Source: Octopus sinensis
Lineage: Eukaryota
DNA: 19,351 nucleotides
Direction: 5' to 3'
Assembly: GCF_006345805.1 (NCBI RefSeq)
Contig: NW_021824279.1
Location: 1 to 19,351, forward strand
This document shows, one piece after another, positions 1 through 10,132 of this stretch; within the stretch, counting starts at the first letter, position 1, and each line of letters begins with the position of its first letter. A model generated the notes under the pieces. That model worked only from the letters and a program-made list of their open reading frames with translations. It searched no databases and was not told the DNA's origin. The position numbers and the translations under genes are program-made.

Positions 1-450
1 TATGTATGTATCTATCTATCTATCTATCTATCTATCAATCAAGTCAAATAATCAGTAAGAAAAGCAGGTAGTTCTTTTGTAGTGCAAGTATGCATATCTA
101 AACATATAATATATATATGTGTGTGTGTTTGTGTACATATATGCATATATATGCATATATATATATATATATATATATTACTTGTATGCATGATATGTTT
201 TATACATTATATAAGACATCGTTTCTTATAAGAAGTCTTCCCTATAATATGTATAACATAAGTTACCTCAAAGTAATTTAGTCTAAATTATGACAATAAG
301 AATGCATTACAGAGAATATCAAAATACTTTCATTACAGAATTAATTAATTCATATGTTATGGTACTGTGTTGTACGTAATGCGTTTTGGTATACATAGAA
401 GCGTGTAGCGTATTCTACGAATGTATAATGCATATATATTTAGAAGTACC

Positions 451-475
451 TGTATATATATATATATTATATATA

Positions 476-514
<39 letters not shown>

Positions 515-843
515 GTAGGTATATATGTATATGTATATAATGTGTAATGTTTGTGACTGTATATGTTGTATATGTAAATATTTGCACGCACTGTTGTATT
601 GAAAGCTAGGTGTATATAAGTTGTAGAATAGACAAAGAAAAGTTAGGTCGGGAGGGGGGACGAGGGTTGAGGTAAAGATGCATTTCGTTTCATAAACAGA
701 TGATAGACTGGCAGAGAGAAGATGGAAGATATACTTTCTTACATGCACACACACACACACAGACAACAGACACCACACACATACACACAAACACATACAC
801 ACACACGTACATACATACGTAAATATATATATATGTATATATA

Positions 844-882
<39 letters not shown>

Positions 883-1238
883 GTTTATATTCACACACAT
901 ATATACATACGCATATATATATACATATATGTATATGTATGTATATATATATATGTGTGTATATGTATATGTATATAATATATATATATATATATAATTA
1001 TATATATATATATGATATATATAATATATATATATATATCTGTATATATACATACATACCTGTATATGTGTGTGTGTGTATACGTATATCTTTGCATGTA
1101 TAGACACATGTGGGATGAACGTTTGATAGATGACAAGAACATGCAAACGAGTGCAGAGGGTGCGGCGGGCCAGGGCGGGAAAAATGAAGGTGGAGATATA
1201 AATGAGAAGCGGAATGGTGAGGGGAGCAGTGAGATGTT

Positions 1239-1284
<46 letters not shown>

Positions 1285-1380
1285 GAGGGAGAGAGAGAGA
1301 GAGCGAGAAACAGAGAAAAAAAGAGAGCAAATGAGAGAGGAAAGGTGAGAGAGGGAGAAAGAGAAGGAGAGATAGAATGA
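451..1380. repeat. Compound microsatellite field: (AT)n, (AC)n, then (AG)n purine tract
   Basis: Direct reading: (AT)n ~451-530 and ~825-1040, (AC)n ~746-805, (GA)n ~1235-1378. Confidence 0.95.
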
Positions 1381-1507
1381 TGGAGAATGGGGAGGCATGT
1401 GTCGGCGTAATATCTGCAATTGTCAGCCTGCATGAATGCATGCATGTGCTTATATATATGCAGATGTGTATAGACAGGTGTATAGGTGTATATATGTGCA
1501 AGTAGTT

Positions 1508-1838
1508 GAGTGTAGGATAACACAATATGCTCACATATACTTACTGACTCACATACATAATTCTGGTATATACATACATAAACATACACACACATATATA
1601 TATATACATATACATATATATATATATATGTATATATATATACGTATATATATATATTTACATATATACACATACATATATATATACATATATATATATA
1701 TAACTTATATGCATACATATGTATGTACATACACACATATACACACACACACACATATATATAAATATATATATGAGTGTAGGATAACACAATATGCTCA
1801 GATATACATACTGGCTCACATACATAAACATACACACG

Positions 1839-1876
<38 letters not shown>

Positions 1877-2040
1877 CATGCACACATATATATATGTATG
1901 TATATATATATACATATATATATATATACATATATATATATACATATATATACATATATATATACATATATACACATACATATATACATATATATAACTT
2001 ATATGCATACATATGTATGTACATACACACATATATACAC
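1508..2040. repeat. Two-copy tandem duplication of a ~270-295 bp microsatellite-containing unit
   Basis: The unique anchor GAGTGTAGGATAACACAATATGCTCA occurs at 1508 and 1775. A second anchor, TAACTTATATGCATACATATGTATGTACATACACACATAT, occurs at 1701 and 1996. The anchors are separated by (AT)n/(AC)n runs of differing length. Confidence 0.9.
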
Positions 2041-2440
2041 ATATACATACATACTTACATAAACATACATGTATACATATATATCACACACTCACACACA
2101 CACACCACACATACATATATATATATGTAAGTTTGTATATGTGTGTGTGTGTTTATATGTCTATAATATATGTCTATAACGAGATGGAAAGTGCCTGTGC
2201 AAGCGCTGACAATAAGGAACAATTTCGTTGTGTGCGAATGTTTGATTCTAATTATGGAGGCATCGGGCGGTAAACTCGAAAGACAAACATGGCGACGGCT
2301 CGCTGTGTCGGTCTGTCGAAGGACAGTGAATTAATAAGAGCCCTCTGATATAAACTTCCATGTCGACATGCTATAGAATAAGTTCTTATAGAGTTTAGCG
2401 TGCAGTTGCGGTGTTTAATTTGAATATAAGTGACATGTTT

Positions 2441-2524
2441 ATGAATTGTACATGTATGTATGCATGTATGTATACATGTATGTGTGTTTATATGTATTCG
2501 TATGTGACTGTATCTGAATGTATG

Positions 2525-2584
<60 letters not shown>

Positions 2585-2763
2585 CGCACGTATGTATATT
2601 TTCTTCCAGCTCACCCAAGACACCTCTATATTTTTATAAATGTAGATGTGCTACATGTGTATTTGTATGTGTGTATATATGCGCATGAATATACGCATGT
2701 ATGTATATGTATGCTTGTATATCTTCTCTATGTATATATGGATTACTTGTATATGTAAATATA

Positions 2764-2795
<32 letters not shown>

Positions 2796-2808
2796 TATAA
2801 TATACACA

Positions 2809-2844
<36 letters not shown>

Positions 2845-3005
2845 CACATATATTTATATACATACATATATTATAATATATATATATAGCATATGCATAT
2901 GCATATAAGCTCATGATTTTTTATTTAGATATACATCATGCATGCATACACAAGGATGTATGTATATATGTATATATGTATGCGTGTGTGTCTATATATA
3001 TATAT
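2441..3005. repeat. (TATG)/(GT)n/(AT)n microsatellite field
   Basis: Pure (GT)n ~2540-2582 and (AT)n blocks 2760-2890. Confidence 0.9.
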
Positions 3006-3012
3006 AGACACA

Positions 3013-3046
3013 TAAACCATTTACCACAGAAATGGTAAATGGTTTA
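3013..3046. repeat. Perfect 14-bp inverted repeat with 6-nt loop
   Basis: TAAACCATTTACCA (3013-3026) - CAGAAA - TGGTAAATGGTTTA (3033-3046). Confidence 0.95.
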
Positions 3047-3094
3047 CAGCACAAAAGAAATCACTTTAAACTTGCTAAAATAATATTCGGGGTG

Positions 3095-3364
3095 TCTTTA
3101 TCTCTACTAAGAATAGATGCAGATGTGTTACCTAAGATTAATTTTAAGGATCTCATCAAAGACTTTGCTATTCAAAAAAGTAGGAGGAAACTTTTCAAAT
3201 ATGAATAAAGTGGAAGAATACAAAAATAAGCATTATTTTTCCCGCTTATTGTTTTGTTTCGTTTTGAAAAAAAATTTATTTTATGGTTTGTTATTGTTTA
3301 TATTTTGAATTGCACCAAAATCCTTTAAGTCCTTAGGGCCTCGATGGGTCTTAATCCGGCCCTG
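3095..3364 (+). mobile_element. 3' end remnant of a hAT-superfamily DNA transposon (C-terminal transposase fragment plus right TIR)
   Basis: 3095-3208 translates SLSLLRIDADVLPKINFKDLIKDFAIQKSRRKLFKYE*. This resembles the end of the hAT C-terminal dimerization domain (L..LSLL.IE.D....I.F.DLI.DFA..K.RK). 3351-3364 TTAATCCGGCCCTG is the reverse complement of CAGGGCCGGATTAA, a typical hAT terminus. No left TIR was found in the window. Confidence 0.7.
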
Positions 3365-3600
3365 CTGTGTTGAGAGGGAGTCTTTGGGGTTTGAATGAAT
3401 GTAGCAAAAGCAATGTTAGCCATTTTTCGTACTTTCTAAGAGTAAGCAAATTGGAAACAACAATTGCTACCCAAGGACAAAAGTCGTATTACACAGTGTA
3501 ATGTACTTAAAACTAATAACAAGTACAACAATATTAAAAACAATAACAACAGCATAAACATCGTTTTTCAAAGATGGGCATTAAAAGCATAATATTGGCT

Positions 3601-3765
3601 CGAGATGAGGGGTAAATCGATTGCAACTGGTACTTATTTTATCGATGCCGAAAAGAATAAAGGCAAAGTCGATCTCAGCGGAATTTGAACTCAAAAACGT
3701 AAAGGCAAACGAAATATACGTTAATTATTTTGCCCTGCATGCTAACTATTCAACCAGCTCGTCGC
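3601..3765 (-). mobile_element. Decayed tRNA-derived SINE (Octopus-type family), 5' portion
   Basis: The minus strand reads GCGACGAGCTGGTTGAATAGTTAGCATGCAGGGC...GAGTTCAAATTCCGCTGAGATCGACTTTGCCTTT...ATAAAATAAGTACCAGTT, with a B-box-like GTTCAAATTCC. It matches from memory an abundant octopus SINE head; the family name was not verified. Confidence 0.7.
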
Positions 3766-3910
3766 ATTGTTTGTTTAATATATTAACAGGTCGTATATAT
3801 ATTAATTATAATATCTTCACTAATTATTGGCTTAGGCATTCTCGTATTCTAGTTACAAGATCTTTCTCTCTCTTCCTCTCTCCCTCTCTTCTGTATCAGT
3901 CTCTCACATC

Positions 3911-3912
3911 TG

Positions 3913-3981
<69 letters not shown>

Positions 3982-4160
3982 ATATATATATATATATATA
4001 TATATCTATCTATCTATCTATCTATCTATATTCCTCGTTAACTCATCTCTCTCTTTCTCTCCCTCTCTATCTCTCTCTGTATTTCTTTTATACACGTGTG
4101 TGAGAGTGTGTATGCACACGCGTACACATATACGCATACACACACACACACACACACAGA
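3911..4160. repeat. (TCTA)n/(TA)n/(CT)n/(CA)n microsatellites
   Basis: Direct reading. Confidence 0.95.
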
Positions 4161-4249
4161 CACGTACAATGTCACAAACGATGTCCTGTATTTGATAATA
4201 CTAAGTCTACCATTCTTCCACCTTTACCGCGCTCATTTCATTGTCGTCA

Positions 4250-4355
4250 TCCTCATCATCACCACCACCACCACCACATCATCATCATGGCCACCACCGT
4301 TATCATCATCATCATCATCATCATCATTTTCAACAACGGCAGCAGCAGCAGCAGC
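4250..4355. repeat. Compound trinucleotide repeat (CAT/CAC/CAG)
   Basis: Direct reading. Confidence 0.9.
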
Positions 4356-4714
4356 AAAACCAACTATGGCAGCAGGTCTGTGTGGAAGTGTGTAAACAAG
4401 CAACGGGAGTCGATTGATTGTAACATTTCAGTGTTGGACGCACCCTTTTCCGTAGGCATGTGGGTGGTGCATTGATTGCAGCGGGAAACGGATGGACGGG
4501 GGCGGGGGCAGGCGGGCAGGCAGGCAGGCAGGTAGGCATGCCGCCGGACCGACCGACCGTCCATCCGCCCGTCCGTCCGCCCGGCCGTCCATGCTTACAC
4601 AACCACCCTGCTCCATACGCACAACGGTCACGTATTATACACAACCATTGTTTAATGTAGCAATAGAAGTCGGAAAACCTTACTGGAACTGTAATTGTTG
4701 CGATAACTGCAATA

Positions 4715-4830
4715 GAAGCAACAACAACAATATCAACAATAAAAATAGCAACAACAACAATAGCAACAACAACAACAAAAACAGTGACAACAGCAACAGC
4801 AATAACTACAATACTGCTAAATGCAACAAC
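4715..4830. repeat. Degenerate (AAC)n repeat
   Basis: Direct reading; it produces the poly-N and poly-V pseudo-ORFs. Confidence 0.9.
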
Positions 4831-4903
4831 TATAACACGAAAAACAATAAAAGAAATAATATATGTAAACGAGCAAATGGTAGTTATAATAGCAGCAACG
4901 AGT

Positions 4904-5022
4904 GGAGGCGCAATGGCCCAGTGGTTAGGGCAGCGGACTCGCGGTCGTAAGAACGCGGTTTCGATTCCCAGACCGGGCATTATGAGTGTTTATTGAGCAA
5001 AAACCCCTAAGTTCCACGATGC
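4904..5022 (+). mobile_element. tRNA-derived SINE head, 3'-truncated
   Basis: Starts GGAGGCGCAATGGCCCAGTGGTTAGGGCAGCGGACTCGCGGTCG. A box TGGCCCAGTGG at 4914-4924, B-box-like GTTTCGATTCC at 4958-4968. It shares its head and the TTATTGAGCAAAA motif with the SINE at 11726, and ends in (AT)n. There is no tRNA acceptor-stem closure, so it is not a tRNA gene. Confidence 0.85.
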
Positions 5023-5336
5023 ATTATATATATATATATATATATATATGTGCGGGGATGGGTAGGTGTTTGTTTCAGTGAATTTCCATAATATAAAATC
5101 AATGGCGAAAGTAATTTTGTTTTCACTCTTTTCTTTTTACTTTTTTATTATTGTTTTATTCAATTTCATTTCAAGGTAATAAACATTTTTCTTTTATAAA
5201 TTAGCATTCATTTCATCATTTTTGCGTAAGCACCATGAGATTTGGTAAAGTTAAATTATAATAATATTACCAAATATTATTCATGATTGCGACAATTACC
5301 TATCACATGACGAGTTACATTTAACTATAAATTATA

Positions 5337-5894
5337 TTGGGTTGTCCGGAAAGTTCGTGCCGATTTTTGAAGGAAGGAAAAAGGTCAATAAATACTTACT
5401 TTTAATCAACCAAATATGAACCATTTTGTTGCACAATGCGTCTCCATCTTTCCTTTAATTCGAAAATACCCTCTTCCCAGAATTGAGGTGGTTTCATGGC
5501 AAAGAATTCATCAAGGTATCTTTTTACGTCATCCAAGGAATTGAAATTTTTACCATTAAGACTATTCTGCAGAGACCTGAATAAGTGGAAATCTGAAGGA
5601 GCAATATCTGGAGAATATGGAGAGTGGGGTAACACATCCCAGCCGAGCTTCAGCAATTTCTTTCTGGTTCCCAAAGCATCAAGTGCCGAAAATGAACTTT
5701 CTTATCTTCCATTTTAAAGGATCACAGAATTAACACAGGTTATAGGAACATAAACCTTCTCCCACGAAAAGATAGCTTAAACTGTGCTCTAAATGGAGGT
5801 GTAGTCAAATCCTATTTTATCGACTCAACTACATTCTAAAATAAGTCGAATGGTAGGCTACTATAAATCGGCACGAACTTTCCGGACAACCCAA
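5337..5894 (-). mobile_element. Internally deleted mariner (Tc1/mariner, DD34D) element with perfect 30-bp TIRs and TA TSD
   Basis: TIR TTGGGTTGTCCGGAAAGTTCGTGCCGATTT at 5337-5366 and its exact reverse complement at 5865-5894, with TA on both sides (5335-5336, 5895-5896). Internal sequence encodes transposase N- and C-terminal fragments. Confidence 0.97.
5402..5712 (-). pseudogene. Deleted mariner transposase (N-terminal 15 aa fused out of frame to C-terminal ~90 aa)
   Basis: ATG at 5712 gives MEDKKVHFRHLMLWE. The frame starting at 5674 gives LGTRKKLLKLGWDVLPHSPYSPDIAPSDFHLFRSLQNSL...WRRIVQQNGSYLVD*, containing the mariner YSPDLAPSD-type motif with the third catalytic Asp. Confidence 0.95.
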
Positions 5895-5909
5895 TATTAG
5901 TAAAAGTCA

Positions 5910-6137
5910 CCTTGGGAAAGTTATTGCCTAGATCGATCTGAGTGGCGTAGAATGTGGTATGAAGCATCTGAACAATTTCAGTTGAATAAGCAATACAATA
6001 GAAGAATTAAATCTTGCAATCAACAGATGCATTTGTCCAATCCTATACAAAATCATTATCTTCACTGTCCCCATGGTGACTAAACAGCAAAATCCGTACC
6101 TGGGCTGAAATTACAGTCATGCATCCACTGTAAATAG
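5910..6137 (+). mobile_element. Possible decayed 3' end of an RTE-type LINE ORF
   Basis: The frame from 5913 reads WESYCLDRSEWRRMWYEASEQF...YLHCPHGD*TAKSVPGLKLQSCIHCK*. This resembles the RTE C-terminal WE.LA.DRS.WR motif followed by a degraded C2H2-like CPHC...GL..H..IH finger. No RT domain is visible. Confidence 0.4.
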
Positions 6138-6777
6138 ATGCAGCTTCTTTATGGTTAATCTCTTTTTTTTTTTCATAATCCTTTCCTTCAATGAAATCAA
6201 CGGGAATGACCTTTACGAAGTCACAAATTTTGTCGAGATAAGATGAAATAGTTTGAATTAGGTTTAGTATAATATTGATGCTAAATCTAACGTGTTACGT
6301 TAATATCTCAGAGAACAGATACTTAAAACTAAGTGCATCAAACTATTCAGCTCTTGGAAGAAAAATGAGCGTGATTATCACGCTGATTTGAGTGGATCTT
6401 AGAAGGTGGTTGGTCAGTGCCAAAACAAAGGCCCTTAAAACCTTGAACCAGTTTCTTTTTACCTGTTTAGTCACATAATTAGAGCAGGTCCACAGCTGAT
6501 CTTGCTACTGCTCGACAACGCCAGTGAGGGTACTTGTAGACAATTCAGAGTCATCGCTGGACGAGAAAATAATATTGGTTCCTTAAAACAAAAATACAAA
6601 AGAAAAAGAACCCTCTACAACCACCAAAACGAATTAGGGAGCTATAAACCAACAATCGGCAGATTTGGCAGTTAGACCACAAATCGTCTCCGTTTTAGGA
6701 AAAGAAGCATTAGATAAAATGATCTTGGGTTTACTGCACATAAGGGAATGACGCGGTGGTCACGGCCAAAAAGATTA

Positions 6778-6880
6778 GTGCATATTTTATAGAGCTCGGA
6801 AGGATTAAAGGCAATGGGGGACACCGTACGTATTTCAACTGAGAATAGTCCAATGTCGCTACACAACATGATCAGCGCCT
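6778..6880 (-). mobile_element. Highly decayed copy of the same SINE family as 3601-3765
   Basis: GTGCATATTTTATAGAGCTCGGAAGGATTAAAGGCAA...TATTTCAACTGAGAA aligns loosely by eye with GTACTTATTTTATCGATGCCGAAAAGAATAAAGGCAA...AATTTGAACTCAAAA at 3630-3697. Confidence 0.4.
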
Positions 6881-6924
6881 TTAGAGAATTTATACTTTTA
6901 ACTGTAGAGTGGCGGTCGTAGGAG

Positions 6925-7035
6925 TGGTGGTGGTCATCATCACAACCACCAGCACCAGTACCAGCAGCAGCAGCAGCAGCAGCAGCACCACCACCACCAC
7001 CACCACCACCAGCACCCCCACCACCACTACCACAA
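6925..7035. repeat. (GGT)/(CAG)n/(CAC)n trinucleotide repeats
   Basis: Direct reading. Confidence 0.9.
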
Positions 7036-7184
7036 TATGCATGATGAGTGAATAACAGACAGGGTGGTCATGGCTGGAACTCTTAACTACAGGACTTCTT
7101 AATCAGAGTAGACAACAACAACAACAGCAAGAACATCGAAAAAGCAATGGCAGGTAAGATGAAGTGTATATGAGAGAGCGATAG

Positions 7185-7562
7185 AGAAGGAAAACGCGTG
7201 TATATGTGTATATGTAGGTGAATAGATGTGTGTGTATGAAAGAGGGGAAAGAGAGAGATACAGATAGAGAGATAGAAAGACAGAGGTAGTGGTAGTGTGA
7301 GTGACAGAGTGAACACTGAGAGGGAAAGAGAGAAAGGAAGTGTTTGATTGTTAAATAACAACAACAACAACAACAATAGCAGTAAGTAGTATAGTAGTAG
7401 TAGTAGTATAGTAGAAGAAGAAGAAGAAGAAGAAGAGGAGAAGAAGAAGAAGAAGACGAAGAAGAAGGGGAGAAGAAGAAGGGGAGGAGGAGAAGGAGAA
7501 GAAGGAGAAGAAGGGAAGGAGGAGAAGGAGAAGGAGGAGGAGAAGAAGAAAGAGAAGAAGAA
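7185..7562. repeat. (GA)-rich tract followed by (AAC)(TAG)(GAA)(GGA) compound trinucleotide repeats
   Basis: Direct reading. Confidence 0.9.
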
Positions 7563-7779
7563 ATCTGAAGAAGTGAAACGGCTGATGTTTGTCATATACA
7601 TTAATTGATTGTTTAATATGGCGTCTGTCAAGCGTCCATTGATGGACGGATTAGCAGTGATTTAGGAATGGGGAGTTGTTACGGCTGTCGGAGATCGATC
7701 AAAGGTTGTGCTCTGGGACTTCCTTTTTGATTGTGTTGCCATTCCTAGACAAGAATGGGAGTGAATGATCTCTAGCAAA

Positions 7780-8383
7780 AATACAAAAAAGAGAAAAAGT
7801 GGGAAGAGAAAGAAAAAGAAAAAGAAAACGAGGGAGAAGAGAGTGGAAGCTGATAGGACAGAGATAAGCAAAAGAATGAAATATGAAAGTAAAAGTGATA
7901 GAGAAGAAGAGAGAGAATGAGATTTCGAATAAGGAAAGGAAGAAAAGGAAGAGAATGATATAAAAATAAAAGTAAAATAACGAAAAGTAATTAAAAATGG
8001 TAAAAAGTAAAAAAGAAAAAGTAGAAGTAAATATTGATTAGAAAAAAGGAATAAAAGAAACGCATAAAAGAAGGAAGGAATTAAAAAGACGTAAGAAAAC
8101 AGGTTGAAAGAGGTTTAGAGTGAATGAGTTACATAATAGAAAATAGAGAGAACAGAATTGATGAAGGAACAAAACGATATATATATATATGGATGTATGT
8201 GTATATATACATAGAGATAGATAGATAGGGAGAGAAAGAGAGACAGACAGAGACAGGGTAGACTGGAAGCTAGGGAGAGAATGAAACAGATAGATATATG
8301 AGTTAGATATACGATAGATATATGATAGATTGAGGGATAGATAGATGGGTAAGTTTATGGTTATTATAGATAGACAGACATAC

Positions 8384-8431
<48 letters not shown>

Positions 8432-8990
8432 CATAGAAAGTGATGGAGCAAAAGAGGGAAAAACGAGGTATGTGTGAAAGAGGGAGAGAGAAAAAATGAA
8501 TGTAAGTATATAAGATATATTGACAAAAAAAGAATAGGAAGAAAAATGGGGAAGAATGAAGCGAATGAAAGAAAATAAAAGAATATTGAACGAAAAATTG
8601 AAAACAAAAAGGAAAGAACAAAGACGGTTGATAAAACAGCGAGGCAAAAAATATAAAGAAAAATAAATAGGAAAAGAGAGAAAAAGAGAAATATGAGAGA
8701 AAGAAAAAAAAAGATATGAGCGAAAGAAAGAAAGAAATGATAAAAATACAAAAGAAAAATACAAACAAATTACTAAATAAAGAATATGATAAATTAAATA
8801 ATCCGTAAGAAAAGAAAGCAAGCGGTCAAGATGGACGGAAGGAAGGAAGAAAAGGAAGATAGGAAAATAAAGAAAGCAAGGAAGAAAGAAAGGAAAAAGG
8901 GTTTGGAAGAAAGACGAAGGGGGAAAAAGTATGAAGTGCAAGTCAACAAAGGGAGAGAATGTAAGCAAGAAAGGTCTGTTTAAAGATATT
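7780..8990. repeat. ~1.2 kb purine(A/G)-rich low-complexity tract with embedded (AT)n and (GATA)n
   Basis: Strong A/G bias on the + strand; this explains the F/L/S-rich minus-strand pseudo-ORFs. Confidence 0.85.
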
Positions 8991-9095
8991 AATTCTCTAT
9001 CAAGGGTAGTTAATTACATCTAATGGAGTGGGCTTATGTATTTAGTCGGACTGACCAGGGGGATCATGGGTAAATCCGTATCATGGGTAGAAGGG

Positions 9096-9274
9096 ATCAT
9101 CATCATCATCATCATCATCAGCGTCATCATCATCACCTTCATCATCATCACCATCATCATCACCACCACCATCATCATCATCATCATCATTATCATCATC
9201 ATCATCATCATCATCATCGTCATCATCAGCGTCATCATCATCATCATCATCATCACCATCATCATCACCACCAC

Positions 9275-9312
<38 letters not shown>

Positions 9313-9340
9313 CAACACCACCACCACCACCACCACCACC

Positions 9341-9387
<47 letters not shown>

Positions 9388-9406
9388 TATTATTATTATT
9401 ATATTA

Positions 9407-9449
<43 letters not shown>

Positions 9450-9450
9450 T
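9096..9450. repeat. Compound trinucleotide array (CAT)n-(CAC)n-(CAT)n-(TAT)n
   Basis: Direct reading. Confidence 0.97.
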
Positions 9451-9691
9451 GTTTTTTTTTACTTTTGTTAGTTCGTATTTTTTTACTTTTTATTTCTCTA
9501 CCACCACGTTGAACATGTTTAGTTCACGAGGTGTTGTTACGATGACGACTAGACAAGTTCACTCGGTCTGTTTGAAGACGTGCGATCCTATTATCCAGCA
9601 TCAATCATCACTCGTCAGTCATGAATCATCAACGTCAACAGAACTATTGTACTAACTAAAGGAAAACAACCCTTCTGTCTGACTGTCTGTC

Positions 9692-9696
<5 letters not shown>

Positions 9697-9727
<31 letters not shown>

Positions 9728-9801
9728 AACATATGTATGTATGTGTGTATGTATGTATGGATGTATGTATGTATGTGTATATGTATGTATGTATGTATGT
9801 G

Positions 9802-9833
<32 letters not shown>

Positions 9834-9837
9834 TGTG

Positions 9838-9869
<32 letters not shown>

Positions 9870-9897
9870 TGTATGTGTATATGTATGTATGTATGTG

Positions 9898-9929
<32 letters not shown>

Positions 9930-10014
9930 TGTGTATATGTATGTATGTATGTATGTATGTGTGTATGTATGTATGTATGTATGTATGTATGTATGTATGT
10001 ATGTATGTATGTAT
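9697..10014. repeat. (AT)n then (TATG)n array with recurring TGTGTATA interruptions
   Basis: Direct reading. Confidence 0.97.
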
Positions 10015-10118
10015 CGCGTTGAAAGCACCGGTCCTCGTTCGATCATCGAAGTTAAGCAACATCGAGTCTAGTGAGTACTTAGATGGGTGACCGCTTGGGA
10101 AACCTAGGTGCTGTAAGC
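10012..10118 (+). pseudogene. 5S rRNA pseudogene (lacking roughly the first 11-13 nt)
   Basis: TATCGCGTTGAAAGCACCGGTCCTCGTTCGATCATCGAAGTTAAGCAACATCGAGTCTAGTGAGTACTTAGATGGGTGACCGCTTGGGAAACCTAGGTGCTGTAAGC is colinear with metazoan 5S rRNA from about nt 12 to the 3' end. It includes the internal control region A box (AGTTAAGC) and C box (AGATGGGTGACC). A T5 run at 10128-10132 follows. The 5' strand of helix I is replaced by (TATG)n. Confidence 0.92.
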
Positions 10119-10132
10119 GTCTCACACTTTTT

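Noticed and set aside
467-2273. Long ORFs (up to 385 aa) rich in YI/HT/CV repeats
   Set aside because: They are translations of (AT)n/(AC)n/(AG)n microsatellites that lack stops by composition; no domain or splice evidence.
4904-4980. tRNA-like sequence with A and B boxes
   Set aside because: No cloverleaf or acceptor stem, and it continues into a SINE body shared with 11726, so it is a SINE head rather than a tRNA gene.
7565-7580. CTGAAGA-AGT-GAAAC hammerhead-like words
   Set aside because: There is no stem II, I or III; it is a chance match at the end of a (GAA)n tract.
7663-7747. Possible pre-miRNA hairpin closed by a 9-bp inverted repeat
   Set aside because: Interior pairing is poor by eye and there is no continuous ~22-bp stem.
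8038-8968. Hydrophobic F/L/S-rich minus-strand ORFs resembling membrane proteins
   Set aside because: An artefact of the purine-rich low-complexity tract.
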